DNA of 64,000 nt from Octopus sinensis (taxonomy: Eukaryota), in assembly GCF_006345805.1 (NCBI RefSeq), contig NC_042997.1, positions 137,702,001 through 137,766,000 on the forward strand. The letters are read 5' to 3'. Below the pieces are notes generated by a model that was not told where the DNA came from, did not search any database, and saw only the letters and a list, made by a program, of their open reading frames with translations. Made by a program: the position numbers and the translations under genes. This document shows, in pieces, positions 12,536 through 26,179 of this stretch (the first letter of the stretch is position 1; every line of letters starts with the position of its first letter).

Positions 12536-14443
12536 ATCTGTACTATTGATGATGATGATGAATACTGTCAAAGTCAAAGGCAACAGTTTGGCAGAATTGT
12601 CAAAATGTCTGAGACAACATGAACTCAATAAGTTTAATAGAATAACTATCGTAACACTTTTGGTAGATGTTTATGCTTAAATACAACCACTAATGAAAGA
12701 ACAAAAAAAATTGGTGGTTTTTCTTTTAACTATATATAAAGGACTAGGTTATCCAATATTTCATTTCCTAATTTTTAGATTGTTTGATGTGATTTGAGGG
12801 AAATTTGGCTGCTATTTCTTTCAGTCTGAGTGACTGTACAGAGGCCTTTCCTTGTAAGCTCAAACATGGTTGATGGTTAAAATAGACCAGTCCTCATTGA
12901 AAAGATGAAAGATGCTCCAATCATGGTCAATCCATCTTTTTGTATATCAGTGACTAGATTGTCTGCTATATCTTTTATTTAAGACACTAGGGTGTAATTT
13001 GAGGGAGATTTGGCTGTGCTTTCTATTAGGAGGAGTGGCCATGTAGACACCAGTTTTTAAATACTGAGACTAGCCTACTTAACATTGTTATCACCTTACA
13101 TAAAGGAAGATATTGTCTGGTAGTGTCTGCTAGAATGTGATGATATTAAAGTACCTGTGCAGGTGTGTAGTTGCCACCTATTTTTAAGAAGTATTTGTGG
13201 ATGTTCTTCCTACATGAAATAACTAATATTTTGATAGCATTTTTGTTAAAATGAAAATTGACCTCAAAACCAAATGTTTTAATTCTCTAAAAAATTGTGT
13301 TGCAGCAGGGATTTTTCAGGGAACTTTTGAGGAGTTTTCATCTGTTGTTCCCTTTTTTTTTTATCCTTTTTTAAAAAATTTAATATATATATATAATCTA
13401 GCTTTAAATGCAGTCAATGCTTTAAGTTACTAGAAAGCATTGACTGCAGCAATGAATGTGAATAGCAATTATAAGATTGAGCATGCTTTTAATTAAATTT
13501 CAGTGTAAATATAATAAATTGTATATATATATGTCACAAAAGAAAGAATACAACTCTTGCTTCCCTCTCTCTCTTTACTTCTCCCCCTTTTCTCTCTCTG
13601 TCTCTCACACACACACACGCATTACTTCAGAGATGTGGCTGGTGTAAGATTTGATGTGAAGTATGAATTACTTAGGGAGGATGGGATACATGGTGAGAGG
13701 AAGGCTGGCAATATTTCAGTTGCATATACAGATATACTTACAAAAGCCCCATCATGATTAGGATATGACATCTGGTTGCAGAATTGTGACTCTAGATAAT
13801 ACAAAGCCATGAAGCCTACTTCTTAGTGTGTTGAGTTAATGGTTGTAAGATCATGGATTTAATTTCTGGGCTGGGTGATGAACTGTGTCCTTGAACAAGA
13901 AACTTCATTTCACATTACTCCAGTTCACTCAGCTGAAAGTGAGTACCAACGGCTGAAGTTAGCATTGTAATGTCCCATCCAGAGGGAATCGCCATGGAAA
14001 AGAATGGCAACAGCCAAGTGCTTTATTTTTCTTCAGTAGAAATATTATCATGATAGCTAAAGTTACCTAACCCTGTCAAATGTAATGCTTATTTATTCAT
14101 ATTGTTTTGAATTAATCTTGCACTATTTTGTAGCTTTGAGATTTCTGTGATTGTTTAATTTTTACAATGACATTGTAGAGTCAGTGTGTGAAGCTGAATT
14201 TGGCCAGTTTGAACACAAAACAGGTAGAATATATGGTTGGTTTAGATGCTAAAGTGTTAATAGTCCCAATTTGCAATACAGTACATAAACTGTACTGATC
14301 TGATATGTCAGTTCCATCTCTATATAACTTTATATAGTGTATAAAGAAGTATAGACATGTGTTGCAAAATAATGATATAATTTTTGCACTGGATGGAAAC
14401 ATTCTAATATCTTTTGGTGAAAAATACACAAGGAAGAGGTAGA

Positions 14444-14666
14444 TTAACCCTTTCATTACCAACCCGGCTGAAACCGGCTCTGGCTCTGAGTACAAATGTC
14501 TTGCTTTCATAAGTTTTGAATTAAAATCTTCCATCTTAGTCACAATTTATGTTCCTAAAATTAGCTGAATGATAACTAAGTTATTTTACTAAATTCTTTG
14601 TTATATCTAAAGTAATTGAAAGGAACATAGAGTATATCAAAATAAATATAGTAACGAAAGGGTAAA
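14444..14666. mobile_element. piggyBac-like MITE, family 2
   Basis: Ends TTAA-CCCTTTCATTAC ... GTAACGAAAGGG-TAAA (TTAA target, CCC termini). Confidence 0.7.
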
Positions 14667-15165
14667 GAGAAAACTTGATAAATAATGATCAAATACTGGT
14701 GTGAGTTTGGACAGTTCATTTCAGTCTTGGTCACTTCTTATTCAGAGTTAGTGTCCTTCTAAATGGGTTGGAGGACTACATTTAGCTTACTTGTATATTA
14801 TGGCAAGATTTCTAAAGCTGGATGTCCTTCCTAACATCATTTAATATAATTTATCATGGCACCAACACTAGAGAGGTTTCTGGTTCCTTAGCCAGATTTA
14901 AAGAGTTCTCTCAGTACACATGCAGTCAACTATGGAAGCATACCTAGGTTTTTTGACATGTCTTGACCATGTTGCATGATCTTTGTAAACAATAACAAAA
15001 GGTGTTCATAACTATGTCTGGGTTGTTCATTGTTCAATTAACTAAAGGATTATTACCTTACTTGAAAACAGGTGGGGGTTGATAACAGAAAGTGCATTTA
15101 GCCATAGAAATTTTGCTTCAAGGAATTCCATCAGAATCTTGCAAACATGGCAAAGGGAACATTAA

Positions 15166-15235
<70 letters not shown>

Positions 15236-16069
15236 GTCTGCTGTCACAACTTTAATAACTGTTTACTTTGTACTGCACCATCATAGCTATAACCCTTTCC
15301 TCTATTTACTGCATTTTCACTGCTGTACATATTTGCTCTGCTCACAGTTTTTACAGTGCATCCTATACAGTCATGTCAATGCAGTGACATTGATACTGTG
15401 TTACATTTCTTTTCAATGTATCTTATAATTGATGTTGTTCTATGTAATGTACAGAGTTAAGACATGATGAAGAGACTCATCAATTTGGATGCTGCTTCAG
15501 CAGTTTTTCATGTCGACTTTTGATTAATGGTTTCTCACTAAACTGATTAGTTTTCTCTTATGACTCGCTTCTTATTGAAACACATTAAGATGCCTTGTAT
15601 ATGTTGTATTTTATTTCTCTGATGGAGAGAATCGATTATTATGACATTCACACTAAGAGGATAATGTAGATTGAGGTGATTTTAGGAGGTATATGACACA
15701 TCAGATGATGCTTTTGCTGACTGAGGTGAGTGACTCATTGGTTGATGTGATACTATTTAACATGTATACCATATGTTGGTGTCTGCTGTATGGTCCCTGC
15801 AAAAATAACTGTTTTCTAAGTATACCTTTACTGTCAATGCTAATATTGTTTACACTCATTGAGTGAAATAATGAATGGAAGATTATTATTCATCATCACC
15901 ATTGTCATCATCATCATATCTCTGTTTTACCATGCTCGTATGGGTTGAATGGGTCTTTTCCAGCATTGTATCCTGCCACTTGTTACATTCCCTTGTCATC
16001 TCCATGAATAATTAATTGATTTTGAAGTCTTTAGTCTTTAACAAAAAAGTGAGTCATTAATATATCATG

Positions 16070-16100
<31 letters not shown>

Positions 16101-16289
16101 AATTTAACATCCATGTTCTATGGTGGCATGGTTGGATGGTTTGATGAGGAAATGAAGGAGTCAAGGACTGCATTGTATGACAGTGTCTGCTTTGGCATGG
16201 TTCCTGTGGCTGGATACCCTTCATAATGCCATCCATTTTACAGTGTGTACTGGGTGCTTTTTCATGACATGCATACACACACACACACA

Positions 16290-16335
<46 letters not shown>

Positions 16336-17904
16336 ACTAGCTAATTTATTGGTTGGTTGACTTACTAAATAGACAAATTGCTTAATTTCTGGGCAGTGAA
16401 ATGACTATGTAGAGTTCCCTGGTTGCTTTTTAGAGTAGAAACTTGGATGCAGGTAGGATTGGTTTGGCTAGAGGAGTTAGAGATGCTTACATGGGAGACT
16501 AAGGAATATATTTTTTAAAAAATGAGGTTGGTTATATTTCATGATGTCAGGCAAGATCATGGAAATTGAAAAGTGTAGCAATATGCCATATAGCAAACAC
16601 ATATCACCCATTCTAGCATGGAAAAATGGATAGTATGTTGATGAGAATGAGGAGCAAAGACAGTTTCTTTGTTTGCTAATCTTTGGAATGAAGGAGTGAA
16701 TCTAATTTATTAGTGTGGTGTTTAACCTTTTAGGATATAAACTGGTCACATCATCATCCTTTAATGTCCATTTTCCATGCTGGCATGGGTTGGCTGGTTT
16801 GACCAGAGCTAGCAAGCAGGAGAGCTGCAACAGGTTTCAGTCTGATTTGGCCTGGTTTCTGTGGCTGGATGCCCTTCCTAATGCCAACCACTTTACAGAG
16901 CATGCTGGGTGTTTTTTATGTGGCACCAGTACAGGTACTTTTATGTGACACTAGCATGGGTGCAATCTCATGGTGCCTGTATGAGTGCTTTTTGCATGTC
17001 ATTAGTATAGATACTTTTTATGTGGCTCCAGCACACAACTCTTGCAGGTCAATCCTCTTCAGCAGGGGGAGCGACATTAACACTTCTTATGTGGAGGACA
17101 GGTCTTCTTGAGTACAGCAAGGCGCCAAATATTCTGTTTTATGTTCAGACTGGTCAGATCCAGCTTCTCACACCTATCCTACAATATCATTCTAAAAATA
17201 AGCTATCACATCAGTAAAACCTGAAATATACCAGATAATGCATGATTAAGTCAAATAAATGAGTAAGCACTACATTTAACAAAGTAATCTGAATGCTAAA
17301 GTAACACATGTAGTAACACATAGAGAAAATTATTATGTAATCTCAAATTCTGGTTTCTGAAGTAGTTATTGTGAGCCTCAGGTCAGCTTTGACTAAGCAG
17401 ACTTATGATCAAAGGGTGTTCCAGTCATATTATCCCAGCATTCTTTTTCATAATATATTTAGGACTACATTATCCAGTGTTTCCTTTCTCAAGACAGTAG
17501 GTTATGATTTTAAAGAAATGATATTGATAATTCTAGCTGACCAAGTGACCACATAAATGTCTCCTTCATTGGTTCATGTTTCCTATAGTAGTAAAGAGAG
17601 AAAAGGCAAATTTGCTGTTGATTGAATACCAATGTATTGCTGGGTGACAGTTCCTGACAAGCTGGGTAAACTGAGTTTTGTTGCATAAAGCATTCTGCTT
17701 AGAACCACCATGAAAAGCTTGTATTAGATTTTCATTAGTAAACTTAGAAACCATGAATTTGAAGTTCAATACTCTATTTAAGCCATTCCATCATTCCCAT
17801 AAGGAATTATAAGATTCTAAATTTTCTTAATGTTTGTGAGTAGCTGTCAGAGCTGAAACTTTGCCTTTTTATAATTCATTCTTTCTTTCTGTTTGTCTAG
17901 CATC

Positions 17905-17981
17905 ATGGATGATCCTAACAGTCAAAGCAATACTGACCGCTGGGTGTGTCCTAATGACCGGCAATTAGCATTACGTGCCAA
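17905..17981 (+). CDS. RPH3A: Rabphilin-3A/Noc2-family Rab effector, coding exon 1 (MDDPNSQSNTDRWVCPNDRQLALRA[K])
   Basis: Acceptor ttctgtttgtctag ends at 17900; ATG in catcATGg context; donor AA|gtaagt at 17982. WVCPNDRQLALRAKL is the hallmark N-terminus of Noc2/RPH3AL and invertebrate rabphilins. RPH3A versus RPH3AL cannot be settled because no C2 exons are in the window. Confidence 0.93.
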
Positions 17982-17988
17982 GTAAGTA

Positions 17989-18140
17989 TTAGTTATTATT
18001 GTTGTTACTGCTGCTGCTGTTGTTGTTATTGTTATTGTTGTTGTTGTTGTTGTTGTTGTTATTCTTCTTCTTCTTCTTTCTTCTTCTTCTTCTTCTTCTT
18101 CTTCTTCTTCTTCTTCTATTATTATTATTATTATTATTAT
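17989..18140. repeat. Compound (ATT)/(GTT)/(CTT) microsatellite directly after exon 1 donor
   Basis: Read directly. Confidence 0.9.
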
Positions 18141-18629
18141 TTGTTGATGTTGTTGAGTTCCAATTCTGACAAGGTCAATTTTGCCTTTCGTCACCCTGAG
18201 TCAATAAGATAAAGTACCAGTTTTGTACTGGAGCTGATGGTTTTGACTTACTACTTTCTTCAGAATCACTGGCTTTGTGCCTAAATAAGAAATTATCATT
18301 ATTATTATTATTCTCAAGGCAGCAAGCTAGCAGAATCATTAACATGCTTTAACGGCATTTTGTCTGTCTTTATGTTCTGAGTTTAAATTCTGCTGAGGCT
18401 GACTTTGCCTTTCATCTGTTCAGGGTTGACAAAGTAAGTACCAGTTGAACACTGGGGTTGATGTAATTGACTATTCCCCTCCCCCAATTTCAGGCCTTGT
18501 GCCTATAGTAGAAAAGAATGATTATTATTATTATTATTATTATTTGTCTAACCCGTGCTCTCTGTCCAACCCATGCTAGCGCGGAAAACGGACGTTAAAC
18601 GATGATGATGATGATGATGATGATGATTA

Positions 18630-18677
<48 letters not shown>

Positions 18678-19107
18678 TATTATTATTATTAATATTATCA
18701 TTACTATTTAAATAGTGAGTGAATGACTTTTATTATAGATCTCTTATCACTCACACGTGCTGAAGGATACAGAAACTGGATGAATGAATACTTCTCTAGA
18801 AAATCAACCAGATGTATACACACACAGACATCCATCACATTTACACATGCATGAATATTTTGCACATACACAGACACATCATACATAAATTATAAAAATG
18901 ATCAAAGATCTGTTTTCTTTATCCATGATATTGTTTTCAACTACCAATAACCACGCCTCAGATTTACCTCATTGGCTTTGGTACCGCCTCTGCGCAAAGC
19001 TATATTCATCAGTGAGCATTCAAAATAATGATGTTTCTTAGTAAAAGTGATGATAAATAGCCCATAAATTTTACTTTTGGAGTATTGTTTACAAAAATAT
19101 ATACTAA

Positions 19108-19108
<1 letters not shown>

Positions 19109-19151
<43 letters not shown>

Positions 19152-19267
19152 TGCATATACATATATGTATGTATATATGTGTGTATATATATATACATAT
19201 ATATGTATGTATATATGTGTGTATATATGTATATATATACATATATATATATATATATGTATGTATG

Positions 19268-19348
<81 letters not shown>
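19109..19348. repeat. Compound (TA)/(TATG) microsatellite, representative of dozens of TA/CA/TACA arrays in the window
   Basis: Read directly; such arrays produce the YI/CV-repeat ORFs. Confidence 0.95.
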
Positions 19349-19349
<1 letters not shown>

Positions 19350-19351
<2 letters not shown>

Positions 19352-19641
19352 ACAGTGGTTAGGGCAGCGGACGCACGGTCGTAAGATCGCTATTTCGATT
19401 CCCAGACAGGGCGTTGTGTGTGTTTATTGAGCGAAAACACCTAAGGCCTCACGAAGCTCCGGCAGGGGGGGCGATCCCTGCTGTACTCTTTCGCCACAAC
19501 TTTCTCTCACTCTTTCTTCTGTTGACCTGCTTGCTTAGCCAGCGGGGTGGCGTCATTTGAAGGCTAAAACAATGCGAAGTGCATTGTGACCAGCGATGTG
19601 TAGCAACATCTGATAGCCTGGTCGGTCACGTGATCACGTGA
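19350..19641 (+). mobile_element. Young tRNA-derived SINE family D
   Basis: A-box-like agtggttagggcagcgg, B-box-like tttcgattccc, CpG-rich body, palindromic end tcacgtgatcacgtga; inserted in (TA)n. Confidence 0.7.
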
Positions 19642-20643
19642 TATATATATATATTTATATATATCATTATCATCATCATCATCGTTTGATGTCCATCTTC
19701 CATGCATGCATGGGTAAGATGGTTGACAGGAGCTGGCCAGGTAGAAAAACTGCTCTAAGTTACTGTTTCTGTTTTGGCAGGGATTTTATGACTGGATGCA
19801 CTTCTTAACACCACCCACTCCGCAGAGTGGACTGGATGCTTTTTACGTGACACTAGCACTAGCAGGGTAACCAAGACAAGGAATTATGAGAGGGGCAGGG
19901 CATTTGAGGAGAGGAACTTGTGTCAGAAGATGAAAGGTTAGAGTGAGACAAAGAGACAGAGAGTCAGAAGCAGGTGTCTTGTCACAACAGAGATGTAACA
20001 GAGGAATTGATCCAGTAACAGATGATGAAAGGTTAGAGTGTAACAGTGAAATAGTATGGTGGAAATATTATATATAAATTTTATTTATATATATATATAT
20101 ATGCAATTAATCCAAACATGAACAAAGAGAAAACGCCATCATCATCATCATCCTCATCATTTAACATCTGTTGTCCATGCTGACATGAGTTGGACGTTTG
20201 ACCAGGGTTGGCAAGCTGGAAGGCTGCAACAGACTCCAGTCTGATTTGGCATGGTTTCTATGGCTGGATGCCCTTTCTAATGCTAACCACTCTGAGAGTG
20301 TAATGGCACGGGTGCCATTTGCATGATACACATGCACACACACACACACATATATATCACATTCTTCTACATGTTAGTCTCCACCAACACACTCTCTCTC
20401 AATGACAAGCCTGTCCCTTTCACCATATTTAAACTTATCAACAGCAAGCATAAAGTCAGTTATAAGATGGAGCACCATCTTAAAGGGTTTTAGTCAAAGA
20501 AATTGACCCCAGGACTTATTATTTGTAGGCCTAGTACTTATTCTGGTAGTCTCTTTAACAAACCAGTAAGTTATGGGCATGTAAACACACCAACATCGAT
20601 TGTTAAGTGATGGTGGGAACCAACACAGACACAAAGACACATA

Positions 20644-20699
<56 letters not shown>

Positions 20700-21540
20700 G
20701 CTTCTTTCAGTTTCCATCTACCAAATCCACTCAAGAGGCTTTAGTCAGCCCAGGGCTATGGTAGTAGACACTTGCCCAAGATGCCATACAGTGGGACTGA
20801 ACCAAGAATGATGTGATTGAGAATCAAGCTTCTCACCACACATCATCATCATCATCATTCTTTGATGTTCATTTTCCAAGCTGGTGCAATTTTTATGATT
20901 GAACCCAAGCTGGCAAGCCAGAATGCTGCACAGGTTCCAGTGTGATTTGGCTTGGTTTTTGCAGCTGGATGCCCTCCCTAACACCAACCATTTTATAGTG
21001 TTGGCTGAATGCTTTTAATGGGGCTGAAGCATGAGTGCATTTATGTGATGCATGAGTACTTTTTATGTGGCACTAGCACAGGACTCTTGCAGGCCAATTC
21101 TCTTCACCAGGGGCGGAGTGTCTTTAGCACTTCCGGTGTGGAGAATGGATCTTCTTCAGTACAGCAAGGCACTAATTATTTTGATCCTATATATATATTT
21201 AAAACTTTGTTCCTTGTTTGAAAGTAAATTCAGAGCCTTCAAGTAATCCAAAATTGTGTGTGTCTGTGTTTGTACCCCATCACAACTTGACAACCATAGT
21301 CCCTGTAACTTAGCAGTTCAGCAAAAGAGACCAAGAGAATAAGTACCAGGCTTAAAAAATAAGTACTGGGGTTGATTTATTCAACTAAAAATTCAAGGCA
21401 GTGCCCTAGCATGACCACAGTCTAATGACTAAAATAGATAAAAGATAACTGATAAAAGATACCGCAAAATAAATGTTTAGTACCTTTTCATCTCAATTAT
21501 CCAACTCTGAATATATACATTTTTTTTCTTTCGTTTTCAG

Positions 21541-21684
21541 ATTAGGAACTGGCTGGTCATATCATACAAATCGATTCACTCAATTTCGCAAGGATGACCA
21601 ACTTAGTGTTGATGAACAGGAGCAGATACTAAATGTGATCTCACGTGCTGAATTCATGGACAATGTGGAACAGGAACGAATTGG
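21541..21684 (+). CDS. RPH3A: Rabphilin/Noc2 exon 2, Rab-binding helix (KLGTGWSYHT...ILNVISRAEFMDNVEQERIG)
   Basis: Acceptor ttttttttctttcgttttcag, donor GG|gtaagg, 144 nt, phase 2-2, in frame with exons 1 and 3. Confidence 0.95.
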
Positions 21685-22834
21685 GTAAGGTCCAGCAATC
21701 CTATCATCCTTTCTGTGATAAGCTGTCCAAGGATATCAAATACTATTTTTTAACAATCATCATATAAAATATAACTCTCCACTATCTTACTTGGTAGAAT
21801 TTGCTGTTGAATATGAGCCTAATTATCTTACATTTCATATTCAAGAAATTTCATTTAGGTATGGCCATGCTAAGAATAGGATGTAAGCATGGCCAAATGG
21901 TTAAGAAGTTCACTTTAGAATCATGAGATTCCAAGTCTGATTCCACTTGCACCTTGGGCATCTTTTATCATTGACTTGGATTTACCCAAACCTTGTGAGT
22001 GAAAATGAGTAGATGGAAAGTTGATTGAATTGAAATTACTTGTAATTCAAAGTGCCTGCCTTATTGCACACAATGTCATCTTGATTCAGCATTCATATTA
22101 CATTAAATGTACAAATTTCTGTGGAATATTCAACCATTTGAGAATCCAAACAATAGGAAGTTCTGTTGTTTGGGCAACTAGAACACCTGTTATTGAAACT
22201 GACAGTGGATTCATTTACATGTAAATAATTATTATAGTGAGCTAGGTGAAATCGTAGTCATGGCAAGTGCTGGAGATACACAAAAGCACCCATGCTGGTG
22301 ACACATATAAGGCACCCATGACAGGGACACATACATGGCATCCTTGCCAGTGACATGTAAAAGACACCCAGTACAATTCTGTGAAGTTGTTGGTATTAGG
22401 AAGGGCATCCAGCAGTAGAAACCAAGCCCCAAAAGACTAGAGCCTGGTGTAGCTCTCCAGTTTATAAGCTCCATTGAAACCATCTTACCCATGCCAGCAT
22501 GGAAAATGGATGCTAAATGATGTTACTAAAGGATGATGATGATGATTTTTCACTCAGCTAAGACCTCTGACATTTTTCAGTCTCTTTAAACCAGCATCTC
22601 AAACAATGAAGCAGTGAATGTGTCGTTGCTCTGAATTTTTACTCTCAGTGAATTAGGCATGTACTGTCCATGCGATCAAGCAGTTTGAATAGCACTGGAA
22701 AAAGCTAAAAGCAGAAATGTCCAAAATGATTCCACAATGTTATTAGTTTACATGAAACTCTTTGTTGTGACAAAAAGTATCTCTCAAAAGAGTTGGTTTA
22801 TTTTATTTTCTGTTTTGCATTTCTTTACTTTCAG

Positions 22835-22964
22835 GCGTCTGGTAGAAAAATTTGATAACATGAAGAAGAATGCAATGGGAAACGGTGACAATCAATGTAT
22901 TTTATGTGGTGATGAATTTGGTTTGCTGGGAGCTTCTCCAACTTACTGTGATGATTGTAAGAAG
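22835..22964 (+). CDS. RPH3A: Rabphilin/Noc2 exon 3, start of FYVE-like Zn finger (RLVEKFDNMKKNAMGNGDNQCILCG...YCDDCKK)
   Basis: Acceptor ttctttactttcag, donor AAG|gtaatg, 130 nt, two CxxC pairs. Confidence 0.95.
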
Positions 22965-23005
22965 GTAATGTAATGTCTAAATGAGACTATATTTCTTAAC
23001 ATGTT

Positions 23006-23190
23006 TTAACACTTTAGCATTCAGTTACTCTGTCAAATGTAATTCTTATTTATTTACATTGTTTTGAATTAATCATGCATTATCTCTTAGCTTTAAGATG
23101 CTGATGATGTGAATAGATTTGGTCAGTTTGAACATAAAGCAGATAGAATATTTTGGCTGGATATGGCTGGTTTAAATGCTAAAGGGTTAA
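23006..23190. mobile_element. piggyBac-like MITE, family 1 (shortened copy)
   Basis: Ends TTAACACTTTAGCATT ... AATGCTAAAGGGTTAA. Related partial copies lie at about 14066-14260 and 17150-17305. Confidence 0.7.
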
Positions 23191-24745
23191 CAAATGTTTT
23201 TAACAAGAGATTATTATTATAGACTCATTAGAGTCAGACAAAATGCTTTGCAATATTTCTTCTGGCTCAATACATTCTGAGTTCAATGCATTTGTGGTCA
23301 ATAAAATAAACTACCAATCAAGTACTGGGGTTAGTGGTATTGACTGCCTTGCCCACCTCAAAATTGCTGACCTTCCTCATACCTAAGTCTAAAACCATTA
23401 CTGTTGCTGTTGTTATAGAATTGCACATTGATCATGGAGAATTGGTGACAATAAGCATTCTCAACTCTCAAAGACTTTGTTAATAATATTGGCATAATAG
23501 AGAATGATAGTTTACTGTAAACAAACTGTTCAGGTTTCAATTCCCATGTGAGACAAACTTTTGAATAGCTGTTTTTGTATCATTCTCACTGCTTATATGG
23601 TTACAGAGATGATTTGTATTCAGATGTCTTAGAATTTTCTCATTTATTTGGTGAAATCAAATTGATTTCAGTCTGTTTCTTTTGTTTCAGCTCTATTCTA
23701 TGACATAGCAAAATCTATAATCTCATATATTTTATTTGTACTCCTATTACATAGTCAGTTTGAATAGTGAAATCTTACATAATCACACAGTAGTTGTTTT
23801 CTTTACTGAATTCAAATTTCTGACAATCTTCACAGTTTAAGTACCAGTCAGATCAGTTTAACTGACTATGCCTTTCCCTGAATTTTGTGGGCGTGTGCCC
23901 ATGTTAAGAGAGGTGCTGTTTTCTAGTAACTTTGCTGAATGCTAAGTAAGAATTGTGAGAATGACTACAGAAGCAATAAAGAATAGATGAAATACGGATT
24001 TATGAAAATTTGGGCTCTGGTTATGTACAGTGTGTGTAAGAAACATATGGTCTACTTGTGAGAATTAGCTTTGGTGACTATTGTGAACTTTGTTTAAATT
24101 ACAACAAAAATATGGGCCCATTCTTGTCCATTCTGACACCTGAATTGCTTGTGGGTACTTCCAAGATGTGACCTTTTCAGGACTTAGACAAAGTGTAGGG
24201 CAAAGATGAAGATAATCATAATTTTGAAGAGCCTTGATCTAACTCAGGAAGTTATGAATTTTCTATGAATTATATGTTTTAATTATGTCTGTATTGATGC
24301 ATATTCATTTATGATGAGTAATTTGAAAGGAAAAAATTATCACATCTCAGTATGTTGTGTATCTTTATCCCTCCTCTTTGTTTTGTTTATTCCCACATAT
24401 TTTGTAACTTTATTTATGCATTTGTATTGTATGAATGAATGGATTTGATGGCAGCTATAATAAAGATTATTATTTTTATTATCATTCAGGTGGTGAGCTG
24501 GCAGAATCATTAGCATGCTGGGCAAAATGCTTAGCAGCATTTATGTTCAAAGTCCCCTATTTCAGGGTTGATAAAATAAGTACCAGTTGAGTACTGGGGT
24601 CAATATAATTGACTGTCCCCCTCCCCAAAATTTCAGGCCTCATGCCTATAGTAGAAAGATTATTATTATTTTTTTTAAGGTGGCAACCTGGCAGAACCAT
24701 CAGCATGCCAGGCAAAATACTTTGTGGTATTTTGTCTGGTTATAC

Positions 24746-25125
24746 TCTTTACTCTCTTTTACTCTTTTACTTGTTTCAGTCATTTGACTGCGGCCATGCT
24801 GGAGCACCACCTTTTAGTACTTATTCTATCGGTCTCTTTTTGCCGAACCGCTAAGTGACGGGGACGTAAACACACCAGCATCGGTTGTCAAGCAATGCTA
24901 GGGGGACAAACACAGACACACAAACACACACATACAAACATATATATATATATACATATATACGACAGGCTTCTTTCAGTTTCCGTCTACCAAATCCACT
25001 CACAAGGCATTGGTCGGCCCGGGGCTATAGCAGAAGACACTTGCCCAAGATGCCACGCAGTGGGACTGAACCCGCAACCGTGTGGTTGGTTAGCAAGCTA
25101 CTTACCACACAGCCACTCCTGCGCC
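24746..25125 (-). mobile_element. Full-length young SINE family A nested inside a family B SINE
   Basis: CpG-rich complete copy with an (AGTAAA/AGAG)-type tail. TATAC is duplicated at 24741-24745 and 25126-25130, and the host SINE B continues on both sides (about 24677-25280). Confidence 0.88.
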
Positions 25126-25789
25126 TATACATTCTGAGTTCAAATTCTGCCAGAGTCAGTTTTACCTTTCTTCCATTTGGAGCCGATAAAATAGGTACCG
25201 GTTGAGCGCTGAGTTGATATAATCAACTTTCCCACCTGTCAAAATTGCAAGCCTTGTGCCTATAGTAGACAGAATTATTGTTATTGCTGTTATTATTATT
25301 ATTATTATTATATTATTATTATTATTATTATTATTATTGTTATTATTTCTTTTCAGTTCTTTATAAGTTTTTTATACAACCGCCTCCCCCTCCCTCTGTG
25401 TCCTCTGTGTGCTGATGTTTGTTCAATATTAACAATTTGGAGAATGAGAAGGCTTTCATATTACATTTAATTTGCTGTGTTGTGCTTTTGGGATTTCTTT
25501 TGTTGTTTCTTGTGTTGTTTTAATGATACTGCTCATGTTTGCTGTGAAAGCTTTTATAGTTATTGGGAGGTGATTTTATGCAATACGTTCTCTCTGGATT
25601 ATGTTATTGAATTGAAAGTGTCTTTCATAGATTGTGTACTTTTGAATTGTGTGTAAAGTGGTAAGCCCTGATTATTTTTGTTTTTGTTCATGTTCTTATC
25701 GTACCTAGATCATCAGTTATTACTGGTGCGCACTTTATTTTTATTCATTTTTTTTCTTACTTTTTATACTTAATAGTTTCTGCCATCAC

Positions 25790-25850
<61 letters not shown>

Positions 25851-26179
25851 ACACACATCATATACACACACACACACACACATTTATACATATACATATA
25901 TGTGTGTGTGTGTGTGTGTTTATTTATTTATTTATTTCACTTAGGCATAGCAATATTAATAACCAGTTGTTAGAACTCAATATTCTTATGCTTTAGAGAA
26001 AAATGTTAGTCAAGTACAGAAAAAAGCCATGTAATCACCACCATTAGCTTACAGTTATTTCAACTATGAAAAGTAGTGCACTCAAAGCTGAATGCTTGTG
26101 CAACCTCCTATAGCTTCCTCAGAGCCATTAAAATGAAGTGTATTTTCATTTCAGAAAGCATTTAAATACAAACATACAT

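Noticed and set aside
18955-19016. Possible hammerhead on the minus strand (CUCA-CUGAUGA...UC-UGAG)
   Set aside because: No GAAA and no stem III; the 4-bp helix I is probably chance.
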